From assembly GCA_001795165.1 (NCBI GenBank), contig MGNS01000101.1, forward strand, positions 19,938-55,725: 35,788 nt of DNA. Reading direction: 5' to 3'. The notes under the pieces are model-generated. The model did not search any database, was not told the DNA's origin, and saw nothing but the letters and a program-made list of their open reading frames with translations. This document shows, in pieces, positions 17,211-26,883 of this stretch (position 1 is its first letter; every line of letters begins with the position of its first letter). Both the position numbers and the translations under genes were made by a program. This DNA comes from Chloroflexi bacterium RBG_16_57_11. GTDB taxonomy: Bacteria; Chloroflexota; Anaerolineae; Anaerolineales; UBA4823.

Positions 17211-18596
17211 CTAGGCTATGACCGGTACCTGCGGCAGGCTGGCCATCGCCTCACGCACCGCTTCAACGGGATAATCGTAATCCACCAGTTTTCCATCGAA
17301 GTAAGCCTGGTAAGAAGCCATATCGAAGTTACCGTGGCCGGAAAGGTTGAACAGGATCACGCGCCGCTCACCCTTCTGCTTGGCGTCCAGCGCCTCGTCG
17401 ATCGCAGCGCGGATGGCATGATTGCTTTCCGGAGCCGGTATGATCCCCTCGGCGCGAGCAAACTGCACCCCGGCTTCGAAGGTGGCTAATTGGGGCACCG
17501 CTCTGGCCTCCAGATATCCGGCGTCGTATAACGCGCTGAGGCTGGGAGCCATGCCATGGTACCGTAAACCGCCAGCATGGATGGGAGGTGGGACAAATGC
17601 ATGTCCCAAGGTGTGCATCTTCACAATCGGAGCCATCATGGCGGTGTCGCCATAGTCAAAGGTGTATACACCTTTGGTCAGCGAGGGAGTGGCAGTGGGC
17701 TCCACGGCTAGCAGGCGGGTTTTCATGCCCTCCAGAAGGTTTCTCCGCAGGAAAGGATAGGCTATGCCCGAGAAATTCGACCCGCCGCCTGCGCAGCCGA
17801 TCACCACGTCCGGGTATTCACCCGCCATGTCCATCTGCTTGAGGGCTTCTTCGCCGATCACCGACTGGTGCAACAGCACATGGTTGAGCACCGAACCCAG
17901 GCTGTATTTTTTCGCTCCGCCTGATGTGGCGGCGATCTCCACCGCCTCAGAGATGGCAATACCGAGCGAGCCCGGGGTCTCAGGGTCATCCTCCAGCACG
18001 GAACGACCAAAATGGGTATGCTTGGTGGGGCTGGGGAACACCTTCGCGCCGTAAGTCTCCATCATCAGGCGGCGGTAAGGCTTTTGATGATAGGATACCT
18101 TGACCATATAAACTTCGATATCCAGATCGAAGAAGTTACCCGCCAGGGCCAGCGCTGAACCCCATTGTCCGGCGCCAGTTTCGGTGGTCAGCGCCTTTGT
18201 TCCGGCGATTTTGTTATAGAACGCCTGCGGGATGGCTGTGTTTGGCTTGTGGCTGCCGGCGGGTGAAACCCCCTCATTCTTATAATAGATGTGCGCCGGG
18301 GTGTCCAGCATCTTTTCCAGCCGGCGGGCGCGGATCAGCGGCGTCGGCCGGTAGAGCTTATAAATCTCGCGCACTTCCTCTGGGATCTCGATAAAGCGCT
18401 CGGTGCTGATCTCCTGCAAGATCAAATCCATCGGGAAAAGCACCGAGAGGAAATCAGGCGTCACAGGCTCCTTGGTGCCCGGATGCAGCACCGGAGCTGG
18501 CGGCACCGGGTTGTCGGCGTTTACGTTGTACCAAAACTTGGGCAGGTCAGCCTCACCGAGTAAAAAGCGTGTTTCGGAAGAATTCTTGGTGGTCAT
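17211..18596 (-). CDS. trpB: TrpB2-type tryptophan synthase beta subunit (stand-alone)
   Basis: 461-470 aa with the long N-terminal extension and DLPKFWYNV motif typical of TrpB2. PLP-lysine region GSHKPNTA, glycine loop [14 protein letters not shown] at 18596 is preferred because AAGGAGAG lies 5 nt upstream. Confidence 0.9.
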   Translation of the reverse strand: MTTKNSSETRFLLGEADLPKFWYNVNADNPVPPAPVLHPGTKEPVTPDFLSVLFPMDLILQEISTERFIEIPEEVREIYKLYRPTPLIRARRLEKMLDTPAHIYYKNEGVSPAGSHKPNTAIPQAFYNKIAGTKALTTETGAGQWGSALALAGNFFDLDIEVYMVKVSYHQKPYRRLMMETYGAKVFPSPTKHTHFGRSVLEDDPETPGSLGIAISEAVEIAATSGGAKKYSLGSVLNHVLLHQSVIGEEALKQMDMAGEYPDVVIGCAGGGSNFSGIAYPFLRRNLLEGMKTRLLAVEPTATPSLTKGVYTFDYGDTAMMAPIVKMHTLGHAFVPPPIHAGGLRYHGMAPSLSALYDAGYLEARAVPQLATFEAGVQFARAEGIIPAPESNHAIRAAIDEALDAKQKGERRVILFNLSGHGNFDMASYQAYFDGKLVDYDYPVEAVREAMASLPQVPVIA

Positions 18597-18666
18597 GGGT
18601 CTCTCCTTTAGATAAAACATCATTATGTTGGATGAATTTGCGAGCTGCGCTTCGATGTTTCAGGGG

Positions 18667-18706
18667 AAACAAAAACGCGCTCGCCCGTATTGGGGACGAA
18701 CGCGCT
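18667..18706 (-). terminator. Intrinsic terminator of the T-box leader
   Basis: Minus-strand RNA CGCGUUCGUCCC-CAAUA-CGGGCGAGCGCG forms an 11-bp stem including G-U pairs, followed by UUUUUGUUU. Its 5' arm overlaps the T-box/antiterminator sequence. Confidence 0.8.
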
Positions 18707-19006
18707 GTCCGTGGTGCCACCCCGGTTAGGCTGGCTGCCCTACCAAACAAAACCCCTGCCGGTGTTGCGACAGGGGGGAAGAGGCCAGCCTCACTCGTTG
18801 CGGGTACGTGCGATTGCTCGCGAATACCCTTTACCCAGATAACGGTGGCAATTCCGGCACAGGCTAATCGGCAATCAGCTTTTCGCCCTGCGACTCCGAG
18901 GTCCATTCAACGCCAGCGTGCGTACGGGCTTGCACCGGTTCCCGCTCTCTGGAACGCCAATTTCGGCGCCTACTCGTCCTCTTCACAGTCTTTATAGATG
19001 TAATTG
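18667..19006 (-). promoter_or_regulatory. T-box riboswitch leader with a tryptophan (UGG) specifier codon
   Basis: Read on the minus strand. Stem I has the AG-bay AGAGAG (18945-18950) and distal loop GGUGCAA (18930-18936). The specifier loop GAA-UGG-A places UGG at 18903-18905. A long stem III region follows. The conserved T-box sequence GGGGUGGCACCACGG lies at 18709-18723, with a UGGC bulge that would pair with a G73-CCA tRNA end. The terminator comes next. Confidence 0.85.
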
Positions 19007-19012
19007 TGTTGG

Positions 19013-19040
19013 ATTATATGAAAAAGAGAGGATTTGTCAA
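19013..19040 (-). promoter_or_regulatory. Consensus sigma-70-type promoter driving the T-box leader and trpB2
   Basis: Minus strand: TTGACA (19035-19040), 16-nt spacer, TATAAT (19013-19018). It sits immediately downstream of the stop of the preceding gene. Confidence 0.6.
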
Positions 19041-19056
19041 GGGCAACAGTCAAATC

Positions 19057-19587
19057 TTAACGATCTTCGACATGGATCGTGATTTCCATATCCCGGAGGA
19101 TGCCCTTAAACAGATCGGGGTTGCCGTCTCCATCATAATCCGCTGCATCCGTGACAGGATGGTCGACTTTATTTATAAAACGGAGCGTATGATCGCCTGC
19201 CTCCAGGTAACCGTAGTCATACGACCAATCTGCTCTCCAGATCATTTCGGGAGTCTTACCCATACAAGCAGTAGCAGATGGTCCGGCAGGAACTTGGAAT
19301 ATCGGCCCCCAATATTGAGAGACTTCGCCCTTCGATCCAAATAGTGATCCGCCATCCAGGATGAATTCCAGGTAACTCGCGGTCAAGTAGCTCTGGACAT
19401 TGCCATGGTGGCAAGCGCCCCATCCAGATGCAAACACAATCCACTGGTCGGATTAGACAGTCTGGCTGGAGTCCCAACGATTTGGATAAATCACTATGAT
19501 GTCCTGGCCGTCTTGGGCCGATGCCACCGACGATACCATGACAAAGCTTAATAAAACCAAAATCGCGATCATCGTAATTTTCTTCAT
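19057..19587 (-). pseudogene. Secreted hypothetical protein gene interrupted by an in-frame TAA
   Basis: ATG at 19587 (GGAGGG upstream) opens a Sec-type signal peptide, MKKITMIAILVLLSFVMVSSVASAQDG. The same frame hits TAA at 19453-19455. It then continues (SDQWIVFASGWGACHHG...) for 132 more codons to the stop at 19057. The tracked ORF 19057..19437 is only the downstream piece with a nominal GTG start. Confidence 0.5.
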
Positions 19588-19795
19588 CGCATCCCTCCGC
19601 TGCGAACTAAATTTCTCAAAAAACCGTCCCAAAATTAGTTGTAAGAAATGTGGTTGGTCTCAATTCGTTTTTGGTAGCACCTCCTGAATAAGGTATAGCA
19701 TAATTGCATGCTGTAGTCAATCGATTTCTCGCGATTTTACGGTCACCACCCTCCCGTGCGAGACAGGTTATCCCCAGACATTAAACTGGCTTGCA

Positions 19796-20293
19796 CTACC
19801 TTTGCAAGACTTGATAAGTAGATCCATACTCGTTCATTTCATCCGTCCCTTGCTCGCTACGCTCGATCCCCACCCACGCTGTTGCATTAAAGGGAGGGAA
19901 GAACACATCACACCCCGCCCGGGTGTGCACGGTGGTCAGGTAGATGCGATCTGCCAACGGCAGCGCCTGGTCGAAAATTTCTCCCCCACCGCCGATGAAG
20001 GTTTCCTGCTCGCCTGCCCCTCGCGCAACATCCAATGCCGCCTGTAGTGAGTTCACCACAATGCATTCCGGACAATCTTTTGGTTGGTATGAAGTGTTGC
20101 GGGTAATGATGATCATCTTGCGTCCCGGCAACGGGCGGCCGATCGATTCCCAGGTCTTACGCCCCACGATCAGGTGATGACCCATCGTCAGCGCTTTGAA
20201 GCGTTGCAGGTCAGCCCTGAGATGCCACGGGATCTTACCATCTCTGCCGATGCCCCGTTCTTCATCCATAGCAACAATGAGAGAAATTAGCAC
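19796..20293 (-). CDS. folA: Dihydrofolate reductase
   Basis: LISLIVAMDEERGIGRDGKIPW, LIVGRKTWESIG and FIGGGGEIF are classic DHFR motifs. 165 aa with a GTG start. Confidence 0.92.
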   Translation of the reverse strand: MLISLIVAMDEERGIGRDGKIPWHLRADLQRFKALTMGHHLIVGRKTWESIGRPLPGRKMIIITRNTSYQPKDCPECIVVNSLQAALDVARGAGEQETFIGGGGEIFDQALPLADRIYLTTVHTRAGCDVFFPPFNATAWVGIERSEQGTDEMNEYGSTYQVLQR

Positions 20294-20377
20294 GGCTAAG
20301 ACTGTCCTCCACTCATCCGTTTCAGCCGGGATCGTTAGTCCCGGCTACAGCGACAGAATTGGCTGCAACACAGCAGC

Positions 20378-21172
20378 TCAGATGGATACCGCGGCCTTAA
20401 TGTGCGGGTGGGCTTGATAATTCAGCAGCTCAAAATCCTCGAACTGGAAGCTAAAGATAGACCGGACCTCCGGGTTAAGCCTGATCTGTGGTAAAGGGTA
20501 CGGCTGGCGCGTGAGCTGCAAACGGGCCTGGTCCAGGTGATTGCGGTACAGGTGTACGTCACCAAAGGTGTGGACGAATTCGCCCGGCTGCAGGTCGCAC
20601 ACCTGCGCCATCATGTGAGTCAGCAAGGCGTAAGAGGCGATGTTGAATGGAACACCCAAGAACACATCTGCTGAACGCTGGTAAAGCTGGCAGGAGAGAC
20701 GACCACCGGCGACATAGAACTGGAACAGCGCGTGGCATGGGGGCAATGCCATGGAATCCACCTCACCGGGATTCCAGGCGCTGACGATCAGGCGGCGTGA
20801 GTTGGGATTCCGTTGGATCTGCTCGACCACTTGTGCAATCTGGTCTACAATGCGCCCATCGGCAGTATGCCAGGATCGCCACTGGCTGCCATAAACCGGA
20901 CCGAGCTCGCCTCTTTCATCCGCCCACTCATCCCAGATGTGGACGCCGTGTTCCTGCAGGTAGCGAACATTGGTTCCGCCCCTCAAGAACCACAGCAACT
21001 CATAAATGATCGATTTCAGATGCAGCTTTTTGGTGGTCAGCAGTGGAAAGCCATCCTGTAGATCAAAGCGCATCTGATAGCCAAAAACAGAAAGCGTCCC
21101 CGTGCCTGTGCGGTCCCCTTTTCGTGCGCCATGCTCCAAAATGTGTTGTAGCAAATCCAGATACTGCCTCAT
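20378..21172 (-). CDS. thyA: Thymidylate synthase (ThyA type)
   Basis: 264 aa. [43 protein letters not shown] (catalytic Cys) and [16 protein letters not shown] are highly conserved ThyA blocks. Confidence 0.96.
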   Translation of the reverse strand: MRQYLDLLQHILEHGARKGDRTGTGTLSVFGYQMRFDLQDGFPLLTTKKLHLKSIIYELLWFLRGGTNVRYLQEHGVHIWDEWADERGELGPVYGSQWRSWHTADGRIVDQIAQVVEQIQRNPNSRRLIVSAWNPGEVDSMALPPCHALFQFYVAGGRLSCQLYQRSADVFLGVPFNIASYALLTHMMAQVCDLQPGEFVHTFGDVHLYRNHLDQARLQLTRQPYPLPQIRLNPEVRSIFSFQFEDFELLNYQAHPHIKAAVSI

Positions 21173-21189
21173 CGTCGCTTGCCTCGGCT

Positions 21190-22116
21190 TTATTTTACTC
21201 GAAGTATCTTCTTTGCCTTCGAAATGTCGGCCTGGATTTGCTTGACCAGGGCTTGAATATTGGGGAAACGTTGTTCATCACGCAGCCGTGCAATAAATCG
21301 GAGCGTCAGGTCTTTGCCATACAGGTCGCCTGAATAGTCCAGCAAATGCGCTTCAAGGCGCGGCAGGGCTTCCTGTTTCTCGAAGGTTGGGCGGACTCCG
21401 ATGTTTGCAACCGCCCGCCGGGTTTGCCCATCCACGCAAGCCAGACAGGCATATACGCCGCTCTTAGGCAGTAAACGCTCCGGCCATACCTCGAGGTTCG
21501 CCGTTGGGATGCCGATCGTCCGCCCACGTCCGTCTCCGGCCACAACTTCCCCGTGCACCTGAAAATGCCGTCCGAGCAGTGCTTTAGCCAACTGTATATT
21601 CCCTTCCATCAAAACGGACCGGATACGGCTGGAAGACACCACCTGACCTTGATGCAGAATTGGGCGCATTACGTGAATGGAATAGCTTAATTCTTTACCC
21701 AGATTTTGCAGGAAAGGTAGATCGCCCTCCCTCCCACGCCCAAGGGCAAAGTCATGCCCGATGCATAAATGGCGCAGTCCCAAATGGTCGTAAAGCGCCT
21801 GTACAAATGAGCGCGCCGTTTGGCTGGCAAGCGTTTTATCGAACCTGAGTGTGATCACGTGATCCACACCCTGCTGACCCAAAAGAACTGCCCGCTCCTC
21901 CGGGGAGGTCAGATAAAACGGCCCAGATCGACCGCGCAGAACGATCGATGGATGAGGGAAAAAAGTCAGGACAACCGCGGGAGCGCCCGCTGCATGCGCT
22001 CCGGTAACCAGCTTGCGCAATATGGCCTGGTGACCTCTATGAACACCATCGAATGATCCAATCGTCAGCCATACGCCTTGCAGATGCAAGCCTTTCAGCG
22101 AGGTGTGATGCAGCAT
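21190..22116 (-). CDS. ribF: Bifunctional riboflavin kinase / FAD synthetase
   Basis: [11 protein letters not shown] nucleotidyltransferase motif, and a C-terminal riboflavin kinase domain ([15 protein letters not shown]...E.HLLD..GDLYG). ATG at 22116 is preferred because the tracked start at 22182 would overlap truB by 50 nt. Confidence 0.9.
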   Translation of the reverse strand: MLHHTSLKGLHLQGVWLTIGSFDGVHRGHQAILRKLVTGAHAAGAPAVVLTFFPHPSIVLRGRSGPFYLTSPEERAVLLGQQGVDHVITLRFDKTLASQTARSFVQALYDHLGLRHLCIGHDFALGRGREGDLPFLQNLGKELSYSIHVMRPILHQGQVVSSSRIRSVLMEGNIQLAKALLGRHFQVHGEVVAGDGRGRTIGIPTANLEVWPERLLPKSGVYACLACVDGQTRRAVANIGVRPTFEKQEALPRLEAHLLDYSGDLYGKDLTLRFIARLRDEQRFPNIQALVKQIQADISKAKKILRVK

Positions 22117-22132
22117 AGGGGTCCAGGAGCAT

Positions 22133-23116
22133 TTAAGATTGGAAGAATACTTTACGTGGCTGCCACTCCTGGGTGGCGGCATCGACTTCCAACAATGCGA
22201 CCAAATCGCCTTGTTGTGAGACGCCGCGCGCTAGACCACTATCTTCTGGCCCGGCCGGGATACGATGTCCGTGGCGAATCAGCTCAACCTGATCAGCGTC
22301 CAATTCAACCATCGGCCAATCGGCCAGCGCCTCGGCAGCAGGGATCAAATTTCGGTACCAGGTACCGGCCTCAAAGGATTCCTGCAATCGACGTAAAGGA
22401 ACTGCATCTCTTAAGGTGAAGCGCCCGCTTTTGGTGCGCCGTAGCCCAACCAGGTGCGCGCCGGTGCCCAATTCTTTACCGAGATCATTCGCCAGCGACC
22501 GAACATATGTACCGGAGGAGCAGTAGACGTCGATCACTGCCTCCGGAGGTGCCCATTCCAGGATATCCAGGCTGAACACCTTAATGATGCGTGGCGCCAG
22601 GTCAACCTCTTCACCCTCGCGGGCCATATCGTAAGCTCTCCGGCCTTGCACTTTAACAGCCGAATAAGGCGGTGGTACCTGTTCAATCTCACCAATAAAA
22701 CGCTGCAAAACTTCATCGAACCGCTCTTCGGTTATTTCATCCACATCTACCGTCGGGCTACCGGTGACGGAGCCTTCCGAGTCATAGGTATCGGTCGAGG
22801 CCCCCAGGCGGATGGTTGCCTGGTAGCGCTTGTCCGACGCGGAGACGTATTCGCTCAGACGTACTGCCGGTCCAATCAGGACGACTAAAACGCCCGAAGC
22901 GCGCGGATCAAGCGTGCCAGTATGCCCGGCTCGACGGATGCCAGTCCCACGACGGATGATTTGCACCACGTCGTGCGAGGTGAGACCGATCGGTTTATCT
23001 ACCACCAGAACACCCGAGACAACATTTTTAACATCATCCTTGTCGTGGTCGGGTTCACCTCTCCTGTTGGTAGAATTAAAAGATGAGTCCCTTGGTTCAA
23101 ACATGTTGTCCTCCAT
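22133..23116 (-). CDS. truB: tRNA pseudouridine(55) synthase
   Basis: GVLVVDKPIGLTSHDVV and AGHTGTLDP (catalytic Asp) motifs, plus a PUA-like C-terminus. Confidence 0.9.
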   Translation of the reverse strand: MEDNMFEPRDSSFNSTNRRGEPDHDKDDVKNVVSGVLVVDKPIGLTSHDVVQIIRRGTGIRRAGHTGTLDPRASGVLVVLIGPAVRLSEYVSASDKRYQATIRLGASTDTYDSEGSVTGSPTVDVDEITEERFDEVLQRFIGEIEQVPPPYSAVKVQGRRAYDMAREGEEVDLAPRIIKVFSLDILEWAPPEAVIDVYCSSGTYVRSLANDLGKELGTGAHLVGLRRTKSGRFTLRDAVPLRRLQESFEAGTWYRNLIPAAEALADWPMVELDADQVELIRHGHRIPAGPEDSGLARGVSQQGDLVALLEVDAATQEWQPRKVFFQS

Positions 23117-24068
23117 TCAACAATGAGCGAGTCATTTCCAGGATGGTTGCCTGTACTTCTTGCAGGCTACCCTGGATTTCCGCGCCGGCAGCTGCGGTGT
23201 GTCCCCCACCGCCCAGACGAACAGCGATTTTGGAGACATCGAAACCTGGCTGTGCACGCCAGCTGATTTTCACTCGACCATTGGGTTGCTCAACAAATAT
23301 GATTGTTATGTCTGCGTCTTGTACCGTGCTTAATATATTAATTAAATCGGCGTCGTCACGACCTGGATACCTGGAAGTCTTGCGGTCATCCAGGGTCAGT
23401 GTCGTCCATAGCAAGCGCCCATTTCGCTCCAACCTTGACAGACCAGCACCCCAGAGCCGCATCGCTTCATAAGAGCGGTCAACCAATGCACGGCGATAGA
23501 TTGTGGCGATATCTGCGCCCCATTCCATCAGATCTGCCGCCATCCGTAGGGTAGACGGTTTTACATTCGAAGTGCGAAAACCGATCGTGTCCGTGACCAG
23601 ACCGGTCAGCAGGGCTTCGGCAATCGTTGGTGTGATCGTTAACCCCCAGATCGAAAGAAGATCGGCTATGATCTCCGCGGTTGCAACTGCTTGAACATCT
23701 ACGAGATTCAAGTCAGCAAAGTTCAAATTCGTCGGGTGATGGTCAAGGTTGATGTCCACCGGTCCATGGTTTACCAAAACCGAACCCACCCGCTCGAGAT
23801 CAGAACAATCTACCAGACACACCAGGTCAAATTCACCTTCGGCCTGTCGCCGGATCTCGGCAATGCCATCCAGGTGGCGGCATGAGGGTGGCACACCATC
23901 CTCGCTGATCATCTGTACTTGTTTTTCGCGCGAGTGGAGCGCCAGGCCTAAGCCGAGCAAAGATCCAATCGCATCACCGTCCGGACGAAGATGGCAAGCT
24001 AACAAAATCCGCTGTGCTGATTCGAATTTTTCAATCACCTGCCTGAACAGGCCGTCATCCAGAGGCAT
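23097..24068 (-). CDS. nrnA: DHH/DHHA1 phosphoesterase (NrnA-type oligoribonuclease / pAp phosphatase)
   Basis: HLRPDGDAIGS, DCSD, NLDHHPTN and GGGGHTAAAGA are the DHH and DHHA1 motifs. The position between rbfA and truB matches the known rbfA-nrnA arrangement in Actinobacteria. Confidence 0.85.
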   Translation of the reverse strand: MPLDDGLFRQVIEKFESAQRILLACHLRPDGDAIGSLLGLGLALHSREKQVQMISEDGVPPSCRHLDGIAEIRRQAEGEFDLVCLVDCSDLERVGSVLVNHGPVDINLDHHPTNLNFADLNLVDVQAVATAEIIADLLSIWGLTITPTIAEALLTGLVTDTIGFRTSNVKPSTLRMAADLMEWGADIATIYRRALVDRSYEAMRLWGAGLSRLERNGRLLWTTLTLDDRKTSRYPGRDDADLINILSTVQDADITIIFVEQPNGRVKISWRAQPGFDVSKIAVRLGGGGHTAAAGAEIQGSLQEVQATILEMTRSLLNGGQHV

Positions 24069-24471
24069 TTCCCTTATCCCCTAAACTCTGTGTGGTTGCA
24101 GGCGGCTCCACACCCTCACTTTGAGTTTCTACATGGAGTGAGGCAATCAATTGCTCGATTCGTTCGGCGCGTTCAAACGTCGGATCCCAGCGGAAGCGGA
24201 GACGTGGAAAGACACGCAACTCGACGCGTCGGGAAAGCTCACGGCGTAAGAACCCCTGGGCATGCTGAAAGCCTTCCTGGATTTCTTTCCAGCGCTCACC
24301 GCCTTCGAGCGCCGAGACGTATACATCAGCATAGGCCAGCTCACGATCTACTTTGACATCTGTGATCGAGATACCTTCGAGCCTCGGGTCAGATACCTCC
24401 TGCAGCAGCATTTCAGAAAGCTCTTCCCGTATACGATCGTTAATGCGCTGCAAGCGTAATTTTGAAACCAA
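24055..24471 (-). CDS. rbfA: Ribosome-binding factor A
   Basis: RINDRIREELSEMLLQEVSDPRL...ITDVKVDRELAYADVYVS is the typical RbfA KH-like core. It lies downstream of infB. Confidence 0.9.
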   Translation of the reverse strand: MVSKLRLQRINDRIREELSEMLLQEVSDPRLEGISITDVKVDRELAYADVYVSALEGGERWKEIQEGFQHAQGFLRRELSRRVELRVFPRLRFRWDPTFERAERIEQLIASLHVETQSEGVEPPATTQSLGDKGNASG

Positions 24472-24503
24472 CTCTACTCCTCAATTTTTTCTCGCCTTAG
24501 CCC

Positions 24504-26297
24504 TTAAGCCACGCTAACCTTTTCAACAACGTAGCACTCCAGCCGGTCACCCACCTGGATATTATCGAAGCCCTTCAATCCAATACCGCACTCGAAGCCA
24601 GCACGCACTTCGCGGACGTCTTCCTGAAGGTGCTTCAAAGAGCTAATGGAGCCTTCATGTACCGGCAAACCATTGCGAAGCACACGCATACGTGCGTTAC
24701 GTCGAATCTCACCATCGATCACACGGCAGCCAGCAATGTTGCCGACTTTCGATATGTGAAATACTGCTCGCACATCGGCGTGCCCAATGATTGTTACTTT
24801 TTCTTCTGGTTCTAACATGCCCTTAAGGGCTTTTTCCACATCTTCCGTCAGACGGTAAATGATATCATAGATTCGGATCGAAACGCCCTCGGCTTCGGCA
24901 AGTCGTCGCGCGGCGGAATCAGGCTGCACATTAAATCCAATTACGATCGCCTTGGAAGCAGCCGCCAGCATCACATCATTCTCACCGATGTTTCCCGTCT
25001 CGGCGTGGAGAATGTTCACTTTGATATCGCCTTTATTGAAATCATTCAACGACGATACGATCGGCTCTAACGAGCCTTGCACATCGGCCTTGACGATCAG
25101 ACGCAGCTCACGGATCTCTCCTGCCTGGAACCGATCGAACAACTGCTCGAGGGTGACCGCGCTCCTGACAACCGAGGTCTTCGATCCCTTCGCCGCCTGG
25201 CGCTCACCGATCACCTCACGCGCTACCTTTTCCGTTTCGACTACCTGGAAGATGTCGCCTGCCTGTGGCACGTCATTCAGACCCATCACCGAGACCGGGG
25301 ATGAAGGGCCGGCTTTGTGCAGCTTGCGCCCGCGATGGTCGAACATCGCCCGCAAGCGGCCGTGCGCCATCCCCGCCACAACCACATCGCCCACCTTCAA
25401 GGTGCCATTTTGGATCAGCAGAGTAGCCAGCACACCTTTTGCACGATCGCGTTCTGCCTCGATCACCGTACCAATCACTTTTCCCTTCGGATTGGCCTGA
25501 ATATCCATGTTGTCCGCAATCAGCAGGATGGCTTCCAGCAAGTCTTCGATTCCTATACGACGCTTGGCAGAAATTGGCACAACAATCGTATCGCCATCCC
25601 AATCATCCGGCACCAGCCCCACCTCTGCTAACTGTTGCTTGACGCGATCACGGTCGGCATTTGGCTTATCGATTTTATTTAATGCTACGATGATCGGGAC
25701 GCGCGCCGCTTTGGCATGCGCAATCGCTTCTCTCGTCTGTGGCATAACCCCATCATCCGCTGCCACCACCAGCACCACAATATCCGCACCCTGCGCGCCA
25801 CGAGCGCGCATGGCGGTGAAAGCCGCGTGCCCGGGTGTATCCAGAAAAGTGATCGTCCGGCCTTTCAATTCGACCTGGTACGCGCCAATATGTTGGGTAA
25901 TGCCGCCCGCCTCTCCCTCTGCCACGTTCGCATGGCGGATTGCATCCAACAGGGTTGTCTTGCCATGATCGACATGACCCAAGATGGTTACGACCGGTGA
26001 ACGGACAACCAGGTCCTTTGGGTCTTCAACGGCGATGGCACGCCGCCACATAGGAATCTCACCTGTTTCTTCCTCTGCCCTCTCAGGGGTTTCCAACGCG
26101 GCTTCATAGCCCATTTCCGCCGCGACGATAGCCGCAGTATCGAAATCGATCTGCTGATTAATATTGGCCATCACACCATTTGCCATCAAGCTTTTGATGA
26201 TATCAATCGGGCTGGATTGGATAGCTTGCGCCAGATCACGTACTGTAATCGTAGGGGGAAGTATGATGTTATTGACGCGACGCCCATTATCGCTCAT
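24504..26297 (-). CDS. infB: Translation initiation factor IF-2 (short form)
   Basis: G-domain motifs [17 protein letters not shown] and NKID, followed by IF-2 domains II-IV. At 597 aa it has only a short N-terminal region. Confidence 0.96.
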   Translation of the reverse strand: MSDNGRRVNNIILPPTITVRDLAQAIQSSPIDIIKSLMANGVMANINQQIDFDTAAIVAAEMGYEAALETPERAEEETGEIPMWRRAIAVEDPKDLVVRSPVVTILGHVDHGKTTLLDAIRHANVAEGEAGGITQHIGAYQVELKGRTITFLDTPGHAAFTAMRARGAQGADIVVLVVAADDGVMPQTREAIAHAKAARVPIIVALNKIDKPNADRDRVKQQLAEVGLVPDDWDGDTIVVPISAKRRIGIEDLLEAILLIADNMDIQANPKGKVIGTVIEAERDRAKGVLATLLIQNGTLKVGDVVVAGMAHGRLRAMFDHRGRKLHKAGPSSPVSVMGLNDVPQAGDIFQVVETEKVAREVIGERQAAKGSKTSVVRSAVTLEQLFDRFQAGEIRELRLIVKADVQGSLEPIVSSLNDFNKGDIKVNILHAETGNIGENDVMLAAASKAIVIGFNVQPDSAARRLAEAEGVSIRIYDIIYRLTEDVEKALKGMLEPEEKVTIIGHADVRAVFHISKVGNIAGCRVIDGEIRRNARMRVLRNGLPVHEGSISSLKHLQEDVREVRAGFECGIGLKGFDNIQVGDRLECYVVEKVSVA

Positions 26298-26538
26298 AGG
26301 GCACCTCCTAAACTCTTGAATGACCGTCCGGCCCTAACGAGCGACTCGGGTGAACTGAATACGACTATACGCTCATAACAGGGCGGACAATTCGGCAGCT
26401 TGCCGCTCAGCATCTTGCCGCATAGCAATATGCCATCTCGAAGGGTGGGCAAAATCGCTGCCCTCCTTCGTCAACCACGCGTGGTAAGCAAGATCCAGGA
26501 TGAACCGCTCCGGTGGAAAGCCAGGTGATCCCATCTGG

Positions 26539-26859
26539 CTATCCAATATGCCGCGCTTGATCTTGCACAGGCTCATCTTCCGGTAATGAATCCATATAAG
26601 CCAACAATAATTTGCGATCCTCTTCTGTCAGCTCAGTTTTTAGCGCATGAGATAGTGCGCCTTTTAAGCCGCGGTCCCAGCAGGAGCGTTGGTTGTGTAA
26701 ATAAGCACCACGACCAGCCATCTTGCCTGAAGGGTCAACCAGGATGACATCCCCGGTGCGTACGATGCGGATCATTGACCGTTTTGGCAGCACCTCTCGG
26801 CAACCTACGCAGGTGCGCTGGGGCACATGTTTTCTACGTACCGTCTTCTTCTTTGGCAC
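26539..26859 (-). CDS. ylxR: YlxR/DUF448 family RNA-binding protein
   Basis: The RTCVGCR..L.K..MIRIV pattern and GRGAYL motif, plus the canonical position between nusA and infB. Confidence 0.85.
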   Translation of the reverse strand: MPKKKTVRRKHVPQRTCVGCREVLPKRSMIRIVRTGDVILVDPSGKMAGRGAYLHNQRSCWDRGLKGALSHALKTELTEEDRKLLLAYMDSLPEDEPVQDQARHIG

Positions 26860-26883
26860 TAAATCTCCCTGAAACAGGAAAGA

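Noticed and set aside
18553-18997. ORFs 18553..18906 (-) and 18569..18997 (+), which cover the trpB2 upstream region.
   Set aside because: The region is fully explained by the T-box leader RNA. The translated products are Arg/Ala-rich and look like noise.
19006-19344. 112-aa + strand ORF overlapping the promoter of the T-box and the secreted-protein pseudogene.
   Set aside because: It is antisense to a frame with a signal peptide, RBS and promoter, and no motif or RBS supports it.
20324-20346. An 8-bp hairpin (AGCCGGGA/TCCCGGCT) in the thyA-folA spacer, considered as a possible terminator or attenuator.
   Set aside because: There is no U-tract in the transcribed (minus) orientation and the stem is short. 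It is more likely an incidental or mRNA-stability structure within a thyA-folA co-transcript.
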